This document shows positions 62,391-64,000 of a stretch of 64,000 nt of DNA, piece by piece. The DNA comes from Felis catus (Eukaryota), in assembly GCF_018350175.1 (NCBI RefSeq), contig NC_058369.1, forward strand, positions 25,732,001 through 25,796,000. The letters run 5' to 3'. Made by a program: the position numbers and the translations under genes. Below the pieces are notes generated by a model, which was not told the origin of the DNA, did not search any database, and saw nothing but the letters and a program-made list of their open reading frames with translations. Numbering within the stretch: position 1 is the first letter of the stretch; every line of letters starts with the position of its first letter.

Positions 62391-63952
62391 GATAGAAAGC
62401 TGATAGCAGTGTTCATTATGGCATTGCTAATTAAAGGAAAACCTTGGGAACAAACTAAATGTTCAACAATGTGGGAATAACTGATTAAATTATGGTATTT
62501 ATATAGAGTATAATACTATGTATCTGTTTAGAAAGCTGGAGCAGATCTGTATTTATAGATATGGAAAGGTGTCCACAATGTGTTACAGAATGAAAGGATC
62601 AATTTACAGAACAGAATGTAGAGTATGATTCTGTGCAAGTGAAACCATGTGCATATGTATGCATATACAAATATATATGTGAAGAGACAGTTGGAAGCAA
62701 GTTCACAAAATGTTAATAATGCTTATCTGTGGCTAGTGAGGTTTATGTAATTTAACTTATTTCCTGCTTTTCTGGATTAACTGAATTTTTTAAACGAGCA
62801 TGTCTCAATTATGTAATCAGAAAAAAAACATTTTCATCTTAGGAAAAACATCTATTAGAATTTTGCAATTTTGTCTTTAATTGTGCTATAAAACAGTTTT
62901 ATCTAAAGCTAAATTTAAAATATTAGACATTTGTGCCTTAGAAAATTTTTATTAAGCCTCCATTTTTATCAATTAAATGTTGAAACATTAGGTACATTAA
63001 GTGGTGTCTCTTTATGCTAACCGCTAAGCACTTTGGTAAAAACACTCAGCTCCATTTACTAATTTTTAGCATTACTTTCCTTGGGCTTTCTTCCTAACAA
63101 AAATTAAGTGGTTATTTTTTTTAAACCACAGTTATTTCCACCAATAAGATGACGTGAATTCCACTGATACTCATTTTTTTACTGAGGCAGAATTAGTTTT
63201 GAAACAACCAAAGAAAAAAGTACTGTTCAAAGGCTGGGATTTTAGCACATTTTTCACAATAATTCTTTCTTTCCAGTTGATTACAAGACTATATGATCTG
63301 CAAGTTACTTTTTCTATAATCATTAAAATGCTAATGCTATGGACACTGTATTTATCTTTATGATATTTCTAAATACATGGTTCTTGGATAAGTAGATGAA
63401 GTCAAATCAGGTGATAGGTTAAATTCCAACCCTTGGAGTGTTAGGTTCAAGACCATTATTAGGTATTAGAGATGAAAATCACCAAATTAGTTGAAAGACA
63501 ATTTCAAAGAATTAGAAGGCCATTGACAATGACATCAAGACCTGTACCATGCCTGGAAAATACTGAATAAAGGAAATCAAGCTAGACTTGTTTTATATTC
63601 AAGAAAAGGAGACATCTTATTTTCTTTTGTTCACTAAAAAGTAGGAACGGGAAAAAGAGAAAAAGAAAAATGAAGTAGAAGGTCGTGAAACATACAAATT
63701 TGCTGGAAAATAGGCAAAGTAAACAGAAGCATAATTAAATTTGAAAAAAGCAGATCAGTGATAATAGAAATGGGGCATAGACCATAAGATGTTACAGGTG
63801 ATGAAACAAGTAGATCTAAATAAAAAGGAAACTTATTTGGATGGGTGAATAATAATTTATTAGACTTCATTTCTATATCTAATCAGTCACCAGGTTCTGC
63901 CGATGCTTGAATTCCCAGAAAAACTGGTAGATATTAAAAAATGGTCTTCAAG

Positions 63953-64000
63953 TGGCACCTGGCTTGCTCACTCGGTAGACTCTTGATCTTGGGGTCATGA
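63953..64000 (+). mobile_element. Can-SINE head (runs off the window)
   Basis: ggcacctggcttgctcactcggtagactcttgatcttggggtcatga. Confidence 0.7.

Noticed and set aside
39300..64000. Possible second protein-coding gene upstream of DENND6A
   Set aside because: No CpG island, no consistent exon chain and no recognisable peptide; the region is mostly interspersed repeats

Overview
Mammalian genomic DNA from a felid (cat or relative), judged by dense tRNA-derived Can-SINEs of the feline SINEC_Fc type and carnivore L1 3' ends. The window holds the 5' half of DENND6A (FAM116A, a DENN-domain Rab GEF) on the minus strand. Coding exons 1-9 run from 38998 down to 4980 (818 nt, 272 codons + 2 nt), all with GT-AG sites and consistent phases; exon 10 onward lies left of the window. 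A CpG-island promoter sits at about 38560-39200. The ~25 kb upstream (39.3-64 kb) is intergenic and rich in repeats: SINEs, L1, L2, MIR, CR1/L3, MaLR/ERVL LTRs and DNA transposons. I found no other protein-coding, rRNA, tRNA or CRISPR feature; most ORF-track entries are SINE or L1 artefacts. The most notable unexplained signals are: (1) a repeat-free, splice-compatible, ~200-codon decayed in-frame exon or alternative last exon in intron 9; (2) a candidate 80-nt poison exon in intron 1; (3) a strong-Kozak upstream in-frame AUG; (4) a provirus with two different LTRs inside one target-site duplication (TSD); (5) a snap-back templated insertion inside an L1; (6) SINEs with short 3' transductions or re-used target sites. 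Repeat family names come from my recall of consensus sequences, and repeat boundaries are approximate.
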